Part shown: piece after piece, positions 39,766 through 49,353 of the stretch
Position numbering within the stretch: the stretch's first letter is position 1
How the letters are laid out: each line of letters opens with the position of its first letter
NCBI GenBank assembly: GCA_963662655.2
Contig: CAXXTU010000002.1
Location: 2,240,001-2,304,000, forward strand
Direction of reading: 5' to 3'
DNA from: Candidatus Cloacimonadales bacterium
Lineage (GTDB): Bacteria; Cloacimonadota; Cloacimonadia; Cloacimonadales; JAIOQZ01
DNA: 64,000 nucleotides
The notes under the pieces: model-generated
The model's input: the letters and a program-made list of their open reading frames with translations, nothing else
Database searches by the model: none
What the model was told of the DNA's origin: nothing
Made by a program: the position numbers and the translations under genes

Positions 39766-40440
39766 TCATGACAAATCGATCTCGAAGCTGCACACTTCAT
39801 CCTGCTGCATGATCGATTTCAGTACGCGAATTTTCACGGGTCGCTGAAGGATTTCTTCCCATACTCCCTTATAGAAACCGGCGCCGCAGTAACAGTAGCT
39901 TACGGGGATATCGATCCCTTCCCTGACCGCGTCTCGAATGCGTGGGCAATGACAGTAAATCTCCCGGCGCCGCTGTGGATCCGATTCCGCCAGGTATTCC
40001 TTGAGGAAACCACTCTTGGGAATCTTCGTTGCGACGATGCGGTTGCCCTCAATCACTCCGGCCGCACCCCATCCGCGCGAAACGACATCCGCTATCATCT
40101 CTTCACCGAGCAGGAGATGATTGCGCAGCATCGACACAAATCGCTCTTGAAGCATCCGATGCGCCAGGGCGGTGTCGCCGCTTTCCCGATAAACCGTTCG
40201 TATCGGTGCGAGATCCTCAACCGGATACCGGCAGGCGCAATCGAGCATGATATCGCTGGTTCCGGCGCTTCCGAAATGGTCATGCAGCTTGCCGAGAAGG
40301 TCAACCGTCCACTCGATATCCGATTTCGTTTCATCCAGCGCATCGATGATATCATGCAGCGTTTCCTCGCTCGAACGTATCCTGATCGCCTGATACAACT
40401 TGTCTTTCCATTGAGAATTGAAATCGTTCTGACCTGTCAT
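39766..40440 (-). CDS. Cys-rich conserved protein (DUF6144-like)
   Basis: CAC, YCHCP, YCYCGAGFYKG.WE.IL..PV...S....D.CSFEI pattern. Confidence 0.65.
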   Translation of the reverse strand: MTGQNDFNSQWKDKLYQAIRIRSSEETLHDIIDALDETKSDIEWTVDLLGKLHDHFGSAGTSDIMLDCACRYPVEDLAPIRTVYRESGDTALAHRMLQERFVSMLRNHLLLGEEMIADVVSRGWGAAGVIEGNRIVATKIPKSGFLKEYLAESDPQRRREIYCHCPRIRDAVREGIDIPVSYCYCGAGFYKGVWEEILQRPVKIRVLKSIMQQDEVCSFEIDLS

Positions 40441-40692
40441 CGTTCCTCCCGAATTTGCCTGTATTTCTGCCGGAACAGGATGGTTGCCGAGTCATCCCAA
40501 CATTGTGACGCCGAGTGAAAAACGCAAGATTTTATTATTGAGTCTCCAGAGAACAATCCGAGAAAATGTATGCGATTCAGGATTCTTCATGGAATCGGGA
40601 TAAATTTAAACGATAATAATATCCTCAATTGTTAACAATTTCCTTGACGCGCAAACCATATTTCACGCAAATATTATTAATATGGAGGATTT

Positions 40693-41499
40693 ATGCCGAT
40701 TACCCTACTTGAAGTCGCTAAACTAAAGGCCTGTGATCGCCACTTTTATTGGGGCCTGCTCCCGGGAAAGCAATTCATACACATGGAAGAATCCGATGCC
40801 TTGATGAAACTGATCGAAGGCAAGGAAAGCAAGGATTTCGATTTCACCGTGCTCGACGAGCCAACCACCATTACCACCTGGCGGCTGACCGACAACCCTA
40901 ATTACGTGATCCCGATCGATCGAATCCTGAACTTCGCAAAGATCCTCGTTCTGGATAACTTGAGCTGCTATTCGATATGGGATAAATACATCGATCATTC
41001 CCCTGCCGTATACAACGATAACTGGCTGCACAAGGGCCATCCAGAAGCATACATGCGCTACCTCTTCTCCGTAATTTACGAAAACTGGCATGAATCGAAC
41101 TACCATCACATCGACGCGAAGCTGCAAGCGATCCTCGACGACATCTCTCTGAACTCCGAGCAGACCGTCCAGGCGGACGACTTCCGCAATTGGCTCGCGA
41201 CTTCCACTCACTTCTATCCACGCGTCGTTGGCGATAAATACCACGTTACACGCGATATCCTCTCCAAGCTGGAGGTCGGACAGAAAATCAACCTGATCCA
41301 GGAATCGTTCAACGACTACGACGACTATGCGATCGGCGTCTACCTGGAGAACGGCAAGCAACTGGGATACTTCAGGCGGCCCGTCGCGCGAGTACTCTAC
41401 AACCGGGTCAACCGCGAGATGTTCTCGGCCCGTATTCACTTCATCGATCCAGACGCCGGAAACAACGACCGGCTCATCGTTGAGGTCAATTTCCTTTAG
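40693..41499 (+). CDS. HIRAN-domain protein
   Basis: C-terminal VVG..Y...L.VGQ.I.L..E..N.YD.YAI.V...G.QLGY HIRAN pattern. Confidence 0.75.
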   Translation: MPITLLEVAKLKACDRHFYWGLLPGKQFIHMEESDALMKLIEGKESKDFDFTVLDEPTTITTWRLTDNPNYVIPIDRILNFAKILVLDNLSCYSIWDKYIDHSPAVYNDNWLHKGHPEAYMRYLFSVIYENWHESNYHHIDAKLQAILDDISLNSEQTVQADDFRNWLATSTHFYPRVVGDKYHVTRDILSKLEVGQKINLIQESFNDYDDYAIGVYLENGKQLGYFRRPVARVLYNRVNREMFSARIHFIDPDAGNNDRLIVEVNFL

Positions 41500-41579
41500 G
41501 GATGATATAATCCAACCTTCTGCAATTCAACAGCTTTTATTCTTCTGAAAGTCATCCCCTGGATTTTTGCGCCACAAAA

Positions 41580-41606
41580 TTAGCAGTCCAACGCATGGTC
41601 TGCTAA
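41580..41606 (+). promoter_or_regulatory. CIRCE (HrcA operator) upstream of clpB
   Basis: TTAGCAGTC-N9-GTCTGCTAA vs consensus TTAGCACTC-N9-GAGTGCTAA, just upstream of a TTGACG -35. Confidence 0.8.
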
Positions 41607-41673
41607 TTTTTCCTTGACGCTTTCAACTGACTCCGTTATCTTATTCTAAAAAGATCATCCAAACGGAGGCGCT

Positions 41674-44253
41674 ATGAATTTGAACAAAATGACTCTCATG
41701 GTCCAGGAATCGCTCGAAAAAGCGCGCCAGATAGCGCTCGAGCACGGGAATCAGGAAATCGGAACCTTACATATATTATCCGCGATGTTGAACGCGGAGG
41801 AGAGCTTTATCCCGCCCTTGATGCGAAAAATCGGCATCGAACCGCAACAACTCACGGGAGAACTCACGGGCAAGATCGAGAACCTCCCCCGTGTGAGCGG
41901 TCTCAGCCAGGCCTACCTTTCCAGCGAGCTGCACAACGTTCTGGACGCAGCGGAGAAGGAAGCCGGAGGCATGCAGGATGAATTCATCAGTCTGGAGCAC
42001 ATCATACTGGCGATGCTCGAAAAGAAATGCGAAGCCGGCTCCATGCTGAAGCGCTACAGAGTCGACCGCAAGAAGGTGCTGGAAGCGCTCAAGGACATTC
42101 GCGGTTCGCAGCGCGTAACCGACCAAAATCCTGAAGCAAAGTATCAGGCGCTCAAACGCTACGCGCGCAATCTCACCGAGCTGGCGCGCACAGGTAAGCT
42201 CGATCCCGTGATCGGCCGCGACGAAGAGATCCGTCGCAGCATCCAGATTTTGTCCCGGCGTCGCAAGAACAATCCGATCCTCATCGGCGATCCGGGCGTT
42301 GGAAAAACCGCGATCGTAGAAGGGCTCGCCCGGCGCGTGATCGATCAGGACGTGCCGGAGAATCTCAAGGACAAGGACCTTGTCGAGCTCGACATGGCAG
42401 CGCTGCTCGCCGGGGCCAAGTTCCGCGGCGAATTCGAGGAACGCCTGAAAGCCGTTCTCAAGGAGGTGGAGGACTCCGACGGCAAGATCATTCTTTTTAT
42501 CGACGAACTTCACACGGTGGTAGGAGCAGGGGCGGCCGAAGGCGCGGTGGATGCGTCCAACATGCTCAAGCCGGCGCTGGCTCGCGGATCGCTGCATTGC
42601 ATCGGCGCGACGACCCTTGATGAATACCGCAAGTACATAGAAAAGGACGCGGCGCTGGAAAGACGATTCCAGCCGGTAATGGTCAGCGAACCCAACGAGG
42701 AGGAGACCATCTCGATCCTGCGTGGGATCAAGGAGAAGTACGAGGTTCACCACGGTGTGCAGATTACCGACAGTGCGCTGGTTGCGGCCGCGGTACTCTC
42801 GAACCGCTACATATCGGATCGCTTTCTGCCGGACAAGGCCATCGACCTCGTGGATGAAGCCTGTGCGCTTCTCCGCATGGAGATCGATTCGATGCCCGTT
42901 GAGCTTGACGAGATCGAGAGGCGCCTGCGGCAACTCGAGATCGAGAAGCTCTCCATGCAGAAGGAGAAGGATCCACTTTCCAAAGAACGCCTGCGCAAGA
43001 GCGACGAAGAAACCGCTCAACTGAAGGAGAAGCAGGCTTCGCTGAAGATGCGCTGGGAGTTCGAGAAAAACCTCCTCAAGCAGATCGGCGACATTTCCGA
43101 GGAGATCGACCGCATCAAGGCGGAAGCGGATATCGCCGAGCGAGGCGGCGACTACAATCGGGTTGCCGAGCTCCGCTATGGAATGCTCAACAGCAAGCAG
43201 AAGCAGTTGGACGATCTTCGAGCCAAACTCGCGGAAATCCCCAAAGACGAGCAGCTCCTCAAGGAGCAAATCGACGAAGAGATGATCGCGCAGGTGGTCT
43301 CCAAGTGGACGCACATACCCGTTTCCAAGCTCATGCAGAGTGAGATGCAGAAGCTAGTGAAGATGGAAGATTATCTCGCGCAACGAGTCATTGGCCAGCG
43401 GGAAGGAATACATGCCGTATCCAACGCTATTCGTCGCTCGCGCAGCGGACTGGCCGACACCGAAAGGCCCATCGGATCGTTCCTGTTTCTCGGTCCCACC
43501 GGTGTGGGCAAGACCGAACTCGCCAAGACCCTGGCCGAGTTCCTCTTCGATTCCGAGCGAGCCATGATCCGCGTCGATATGTCCGAGTACATGGAGCGAC
43601 ACTCGGTATCCCGACTCATCGGAGCCCCTCCGGGTTACGTGGGCTACGATCAGGGCGGCTACCTAACCGAAGCCGTTCGCAGAAGACCCTACTGCGTCAT
43701 CCTCTTCGACGAGATCGAGAAGGCACACAACGATGTATTCAACGTCCTGCTGCAAATCCTGGACGATGGACGCCTCACCGATGGAAAAGGACGCACTGTC
43801 GACTTCAAGAACACGGTCATTATCATGACCTCCAACATGGGCTCCGACATCATCTTCAACGCCGGTAGCGACGACCTGGATGAGATTCGCCCGCAACTGA
43901 TGAACATCCTGCGGCAATATCTCCGACCCGAGTTCATCAACCGCCTGGACGACATCATCCTCTTCCATCGACTCAGCCAGTCGCAGATTGAAGAGATCGT
44001 CCGCATTCAGCTCAAGCGTCTGCAAAAAAGGCTGAGCGAAAGGCAGATTGTGCTGGAAATCACCGATTCCGCCATGCACAAACTGGCGGAAGAGGGCTTC
44101 GATCCCCAATACGGAGCACGCCCACTCAAGAGAGTCATCCAGCGTGAGATAGAGAACAATCTCGCGAAGGAAATTCTCGAAGGGAACATCCTGCCCAATC
44201 ACAGGATTGAGGTGGATTACATAGACCGGAAGTACGTGTTTAAATCGGAGTAA
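41674..44253 (+). CDS. clpB: ATP-dependent chaperone ClpB
   Basis: Two AAA modules ([16 protein letters not shown]), coiled-coil middle domain, GARPLKR. Confidence 0.97.
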   Translation: MNLNKMTLMVQESLEKARQIALEHGNQEIGTLHILSAMLNAEESFIPPLMRKIGIEPQQLTGELTGKIENLPRVSGLSQAYLSSELHNVLDAAEKEAGGMQDEFISLEHIILAMLEKKCEAGSMLKRYRVDRKKVLEALKDIRGSQRVTDQNPEAKYQALKRYARNLTELARTGKLDPVIGRDEEIRRSIQILSRRRKNNPILIGDPGVGKTAIVEGLARRVIDQDVPENLKDKDLVELDMAALLAGAKFRGEFEERLKAVLKEVEDSDGKIILFIDELHTVVGAGAAEGAVDASNMLKPALARGSLHCIGATTLDEYRKYIEKDAALERRFQPVMVSEPNEEETISILRGIKEKYEVHHGVQITDSALVAAAVLSNRYISDRFLPDKAIDLVDEACALLRMEIDSMPVELDEIERRLRQLEIEKLSMQKEKDPLSKERLRKSDEETAQLKEKQASLKMRWEFEKNLLKQIGDISEEIDRIKAEADIAERGGDYNRVAELRYGMLNSKQKQLDDLRAKLAEIPKDEQLLKEQIDEEMIAQVVSKWTHIPVSKLMQSEMQKLVKMEDYLAQRVIGQREGIHAVSNAIRRSRSGLADTERPIGSFLFLGPTGVGKTELAKTLAEFLFDSERAMIRVDMSEYMERHSVSRLIGAPPGYVGYDQGGYLTEAVRRRPYCVILFDEIEKAHNDVFNVLLQILDDGRLTDGKGRTVDFKNTVIIMTSNMGSDIIFNAGSDDLDEIRPQLMNILRQYLRPEFINRLDDIILFHRLSQSQIEEIVRIQLKRLQKRLSERQIVLEITDSAMHKLAEEGFDPQYGARPLKRVIQREIENNLAKEILEGNILPNHRIEVDYIDRKYVFKSE

Positions 44254-44266
44254 ACCTGAAACCTCA

Positions 44267-44392
44267 GTTCGGGAGCAGATTCGTTCGATCTGCCGCGTAA
44301 ACGTGGTGTTATGCACCTTATTTTTACGCTCGATAGTCCAAAGGTGCATTATATCCACGTTGGAGCGCAGATCGGGCGAAGGTGCCCCGAAC
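44267..44392 (+). repeat. Hairpin element copy 6
   Basis: GTTCGGG-A-GCAGATTCGTTCGATC...AACGTGG-TGTTA-TGCACCTT...AAGGTGCA-TTATAT-CCACGTT...GATCGGGCGAAGGTGC-CCCGAAC. Confidence 0.92.
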
Positions 44393-44553
44393 GTCATTGC
44401 TTGATACACCGTATCCCTTTTTCTCGCTTGACAAGAAAGCTTTCTTAATATTTTCTCCCTGCGAAAGCTGGGAGAGTTCTATTCGAAAATCCATATACGA
44501 TATATCGCAATCAAATCACCAATAGCCCTAACCCATTACCCAAAGGAGTTTAC

Positions 44554-45267
44554 ATGAAGACTGCATGCGCAAAAATCGGTAGTTTATCTGGTGGAAACGT
44601 TCTCGATGTAGCAACTGGAGGAGGCGAGTTCATTCGTGTCTTGATGAGGCTCTTGAATGGTTACTCTCAATTTACTGGCATCGACAGTTCGAGCCGAATT
44701 ATTGAATTGAACGCTGAATCGTTCAAAGCATTGCCGGTAGCATTCGAGACCATGGATGCAGCCGAAATGCGCTTCGAGGATCATTCTTTTGACACAGTCG
44801 CCATCTCCAATTCCATACATCATTTATCCGATGTGGATAAGGTTTTCGATGAAATGTTGCGCGTTCTGAAGCCGGGAGGTAACTTAATCGTACGTGAAGT
44901 CATTTGCGATCCGGGGCAGACCCCTCCCCAGCAAAATCACATCGACCTCCATCACTGGTGGGCTAGAATCGATACCATTTGCGGAATCCCCCATCGCTTC
45001 ACCCATAGCAAAGAAGAGCTCGATTCCATGATTGGTTCGCTGCCGCTTGTGGAGCTTGAGTCCTATTCCTATATCTTTCCGGTCCAAGACCCACTCCATC
45101 CACAGATGATCGAGAAAATGACCTCCATGATCGATCCCTATGTTGAAAGGATCAAGGATCATGAGTCGTACAGGGAGCTGAAAGAGGAAGGGGAAATGCT
45201 GAAATCCCGCCTCAAAGAATCTGGATATGCACCGGCGACGGCGATGTTCTATATCGGAAAGAAGTAG
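44554..45267 (+). CDS. Class I SAM-dependent methyltransferase
   Basis: VLDVATGGG, GIDSS, F.D.SFD.V, RVLKPGG. Confidence 0.88.
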   Translation: MKTACAKIGSLSGGNVLDVATGGGEFIRVLMRLLNGYSQFTGIDSSSRIIELNAESFKALPVAFETMDAAEMRFEDHSFDTVAISNSIHHLSDVDKVFDEMLRVLKPGGNLIVREVICDPGQTPPQQNHIDLHHWWARIDTICGIPHRFTHSKEELDSMIGSLPLVELESYSYIFPVQDPLHPQMIEKMTSMIDPYVERIKDHESYRELKEEGEMLKSRLKESGYAPATAMFYIGKK

Positions 45268-45411
45268 CGGGAATCGCCTTCCCCAGCACATGGATTTATC
45301 TGGTATTCTATAGCTTATAAGAAGAAGCTTGACAAAACTTTAACTTCCGAATTGTATTCAGTCAGGATAGCATCATCAGTGAATTTGAAACAAACCTTGC
45401 TGGAGGCGCCG

Positions 45412-47280
45412 ATGAAAAAGTTTCTGCCTGTTCTTTTCCTTCTTCTTGCAATCAATCTGATGGCCGAGACCATCATGTTCTATAACTTCGACAATGATTT
45501 CCAGTATTTCTTCAACGAGTGGACGCAGAATCGCGTACAGGGGATGTCTGCCTGGACGATCGCACAGGGTGGTCACAACGACCATCCGTCAGATGCTCAT
45601 TCCGGTAACCGCAACGCATTCCTGTACAAGGAATATGGTTTGGAAGGGACACAGATACAACAGTTGATCACGCCTCCGATGGACATCAGCAACTACACGT
45701 ACGTCTATGCTTCCATGTGGTTCGCGAGTGAAGCCTGGTTCCTGGATTCCGACTGGCTGTATGTATATTATCGTGAGTCGGAAGAGGATGAGTGGCACAG
45801 CTTCTGGAGCCCCAATTCAGGTACCGATTATGTCTACTGCGAACAACTTGTGGGAACTTTGCCTAACGCGCATGCCTTCCAGCTCATGTTCGAGGGGTAC
45901 GCCGACGGCGGTTTCGGGCTGTGCCTCGATGACATCCACATCTTTGGAACCCCCATCGGGCCCGGTGTGGCGATCGATCCCCTTCCCCATCGTAGCGAGA
46001 CAGGAGTCGGGCAGGATACGAGCATTTCCTGGACGAACACCGGCACCACGACAGAGGTGGAAATCCTTTTCGATACGGTGAATCCACCCCAGACCGTGGT
46101 CTACTCGGGAACGGCGATCGACACGCTCACCAACGCGCAAATCGGTGGGCCGTTTGCCCTGGGAACGACATGCTACTGGCAGGTCAACGCCATCAACGAC
46201 ACGCTCCAAACCAACGGAATGCTGTGGTCGTTCTGTGTTGCAGAACCACCGCCAGGACACCTGGTTGCCAGTCCGGACACGGTTTCCTGTACCCTGGCTT
46301 CGGGAACCCAGCAGGAACGCTCCCTTTCCCTTTCCAATACCGGAGGCCAGGAGCTGGATTACTCCATCACTGTTATGGGTTCCGGCAGCCGAGCCCTCCT
46401 GCATGAGGATTTCGAGAGCGGCGTTTATCCACCGGACGGATGGCAGACCTACCGCCTCGGAGCAACGGACGATCGCGCCTGGATCGAATCAACCTACGAT
46501 TCACACTCTCCCACGCACTCCATCGTGCATCCCGACGACGACTACAACAGCATGGCTCACGACTGGATCGTTACCCCTGCCGTTACGATATGCCCGAATA
46601 GCCACCTGCAGTTCTGGGAAAAAAACCAGTACGTCTATGGAAACTACTACACCTACCACGGCGTCTGGATATCCACCGGAAGCGGAGACCCGGCCGACAA
46701 CGACTTTATCGAGCTGATTGAGTCGGGAACAGAGATCGACAACTGGACGCTCAGATCCATCGACCTCGCGGACTACATCGGACAAACCGTGTATATTGGA
46801 TTCTACTATATAGGAGACTACGATTCGGTCTGGCGCATTGACGACGTCACCATCACCGGGGAAACCCCTCCGGCCTGGCTTACCGTTAGCGGCGAGCAGC
46901 AGTTAGAAGACAACCTGCTTCCCGGTTCGACGCAATCACTAGCGGTCGAGTTCGATGCATCCGGAATGAGCCCGGGAACCTACCGGGCATCGCTCCTTAT
47001 CGTTCCGCAGAACGACCAGGGCCTGATCGTCAAGCCTGTTGTCATGGAAGTCATAGAATCCCTGCTACTCCCACCCGAAGAAGTTACCATCGCTAGAACG
47101 GGAAACCAGGTCGACATATCTTGGAATACTGTTGATGGCGCTACATCATACGCGATTTACGCCTGCGATCGGCCCGACGGTGATTTCACCGAGTTGGTCT
47201 GGAACGGTTCAGGCAATTCGTGGAGTGCTACAGAAACCGACAGCAGGAAATTCTACTACGTTCGAGCACGTATCGATTAG
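45412..47280 (+). CDS. Secreted protein with cleaved-adhesin-like domains
   Basis: Signal peptide from 45412; EDFESG..P.GW, WIVTP, IDL..Y.GQ.VYIGF, W.IDDV.I; Fn3-like C-terminus. Confidence 0.8.
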   Translation: MKKFLPVLFLLLAINLMAETIMFYNFDNDFQYFFNEWTQNRVQGMSAWTIAQGGHNDHPSDAHSGNRNAFLYKEYGLEGTQIQQLITPPMDISNYTYVYASMWFASEAWFLDSDWLYVYYRESEEDEWHSFWSPNSGTDYVYCEQLVGTLPNAHAFQLMFEGYADGGFGLCLDDIHIFGTPIGPGVAIDPLPHRSETGVGQDTSISWTNTGTTTEVEILFDTVNPPQTVVYSGTAIDTLTNAQIGGPFALGTTCYWQVNAINDTLQTNGMLWSFCVAEPPPGHLVASPDTVSCTLASGTQQERSLSLSNTGGQELDYSITVMGSGSRALLHEDFESGVYPPDGWQTYRLGATDDRAWIESTYDSHSPTHSIVHPDDDYNSMAHDWIVTPAVTICPNSHLQFWEKNQYVYGNYYTYHGVWISTGSGDPADNDFIELIESGTEIDNWTLRSIDLADYIGQTVYIGFYYIGDYDSVWRIDDVTITGETPPAWLTVSGEQQLEDNLLPGSTQSLAVEFDASGMSPGTYRASLLIVPQNDQGLIVKPVVMEVIESLLLPPEEVTIARTGNQVDISWNTVDGATSYAIYACDRPDGDFTELVWNGSGNSWSATETDSRKFYYVRARID

Positions 47281-47291
47281 AACATTCGCGA

Positions 47292-47419
47292 GGCGGGAGC
47301 AGACTCGTTCGATCTTCCTTTTCGACGGGGTGTTTCGCGCCTTATTATCTCGTGTCCGGTAGTTTCGAAGGCGCGGTATATCCCCGGTGAAAAGGAAGAT
47401 CGGGCGAATATGCCTCGCC
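47292..47419 (+). repeat. Hairpin element copy 7
   Basis: GCAGACTCGTTCGATC-TTCCTTTTCGACGGGG-TGTTT-CGCGCCTT...AAGGCGCG-GTATAT-CCCCGGTGAAAAGGAA-GATCGGGCGAATATGC. Confidence 0.92.
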
Positions 47420-47543
47420 GGATGAACATTGCTGGACACCTATTACATTAACCTGTTCAAACATTTATTTTGACAATCAGTGATTATTATTCATATCGTG
47501 ACAAATACATTAAGAAAATGTATTTGTGAACTGGAGGATCTAC

Positions 47544-48605
47544 ATGAAAAAACATTGGCTGTATTTCTTAATTCTTTTACTGCTTTGTGGTTCCATGCAG
47601 GCAAAGCCTCAGGGATTCTTTACGATGGAGGAAATTGCCGACAAGATCAAGAGCGCCTTCAATACCGAAATCGTTAGCCACATTGGCGACATCATAGCTG
47701 ACGATGAGCACTTCAACGTTTTTGGCCAGAAAATAATCGATCAAGTCAAGCAAACAGATCAATATAAGAATGCGCCGGAGGCGCAGCAGCAGCTGTTTCT
47801 CGAGAACATGAACCAGGGATTCGAAGAAGACCGAAAACAGCATACGGATAATTTGATTAACTCAATCATCTCCTTGGGGGAACGTTTCACGAAGCTCATT
47901 CTCGATTATCCTGAGATCGATTACTACTCGTTGGAAGTTTACTCGATTCAATACAGTACGAAGCAGGAGATGTATGGAATTACCATACACGAGAATACGA
48001 TCGTTTCACTGTTCAACGAAGACTACATGATCGAGTGCAACCTGCCGGAAGTCCTTGAAATCGATGGCGGATTCATTCTCGAGAAAGCGCCCGAATTCTC
48101 GGTTTACAGGTACGGTTTTTCCGTCGACGAGATCGCTTCCGAGATAGCTCGGGCATTCTCTCTTGCCGATTACAGGGTTATCGATTCACTTTATGTATCG
48201 GACACGCAAATGCAGAAGCTTTATGATACCTACACGGCCAGCTATCGCAAGGGAGAACAGTACCTCGCCTACACGGATAGCCAGAAAGCCGAGTTCGATA
48301 AAATCCTCGAGGACGGACGCTCCGACCTGATTTATGAAGTATTCAAGAAAAAAGATCAGAGTGAAGAAGCCTTCAACACAGTCATTTTCGGGAATAACTA
48401 CTTTGATTATACAACATTCCAGGTTGAAATGGCTGCCCCGGGATACGTCACTGTGGAAGAAGGCGTCAAATCGATGAACGAAGTCACAGTAACAATCAGC
48501 AACAATGAATATAACATACGCATCGTCCTCCACGAACTTCTTTCGTTCGGAACACAATGGAAAATCGTCGGCACGATAGATTTCACAGTAGAAGACAAGG
48601 AATAG
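47544..48605 (+). CDS. Secreted hypothetical protein with internal duplication
   Basis: Signal peptide, GGAGG RBS; two similar halves. Confidence 0.75.
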   Translation: MKKHWLYFLILLLLCGSMQAKPQGFFTMEEIADKIKSAFNTEIVSHIGDIIADDEHFNVFGQKIIDQVKQTDQYKNAPEAQQQLFLENMNQGFEEDRKQHTDNLINSIISLGERFTKLILDYPEIDYYSLEVYSIQYSTKQEMYGITIHENTIVSLFNEDYMIECNLPEVLEIDGGFILEKAPEFSVYRYGFSVDEIASEIARAFSLADYRVIDSLYVSDTQMQKLYDTYTASYRKGEQYLAYTDSQKAEFDKILEDGRSDLIYEVFKKKDQSEEAFNTVIFGNNYFDYTTFQVEMAAPGYVTVEEGVKSMNEVTVTISNNEYNIRIVLHELLSFGTQWKIVGTIDFTVEDKE

Positions 48606-49258
48606 TAGCAGTTAATCGAGAAGAATTAACAATCCGGTTCGCGGATGATTTTATATTGGCCGATACAGCCGCAATCGAGACTGTCACGAAGGAATGGATT
48701 TCGCGCTTACAAGGGTATCACCCGATCGATCGCCTGGAAATATCAATCGGAACCTTCTACGTCGAGAATCCTTACGTAAAAGTATCTGCCGCCGGCGATG
48801 AGATCGATAAAATCTGGCTTGAAATCAATTCTTACCAGTTCGATCTGAATCATTTTCTCGAAGAGATATTGCCCAGAACGCTGGCACACGAATTTCACCA
48901 CATCATCCGCCTTCGCTATCATCAGGAGTTTCATCTGGCCGCGCTGGCAGTCAACGAAGGCTTGGCGGATCATTTCATGATGGAAGTAACCGGCTGCAAG
49001 AAACCCGGATACGTTCAGCCAATCGATCCCGATTTGCTGAAAAAACTCGAGCCATTCATTCAACGAGACCTGTTCAATAAGGATTTCAATCACCGCATCT
49101 GGCAAAAGGGGAGCAGGGAGCAGGGAGTTCCGCATACTTTCGCGTATCGATTCGGATTCATGCTGGTCGATCGATATTTTCTCCAAAACCCGGAGAAATC
49201 AGCCTTGAACAGCTTCGGTCTCGATTGCCGCGAGATAATTTCATTATTCGTTCTGTAA
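48557..49258 (+). CDS. Putative Zn-dependent protease (DUF2268-like)
   Basis: LAHEFHHIIR...NEGLADHF...AY..GF.LV; start uncertain. Confidence 0.75.
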   Translation: MENRRHDRFHSRRQGIVAVNREELTIRFADDFILADTAAIETVTKEWISRLQGYHPIDRLEISIGTFYVENPYVKVSAAGDEIDKIWLEINSYQFDLNHFLEEILPRTLAHEFHHIIRLRYHQEFHLAALAVNEGLADHFMMEVTGCKKPGYVQPIDPDLLKKLEPFIQRDLFNKDFNHRIWQKGSREQGVPHTFAYRFGFMLVDRYFLQNPEKSALNSFGLDCREIISLFVL

Positions 49259-49353
49259 CAACCTGAGCGAGCGTATTCGGGCATGGGGAATATCTCCCCG
49301 CATTTTCCTTTACATTTCTGCGCCGACATGCACCGTTGGTTCAGGAGGAACTG

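Noticed and set aside
41776..43314. 512-aa minus-strand ORF
   Set aside because: Antisense shadow of clpB caused by codon bias.
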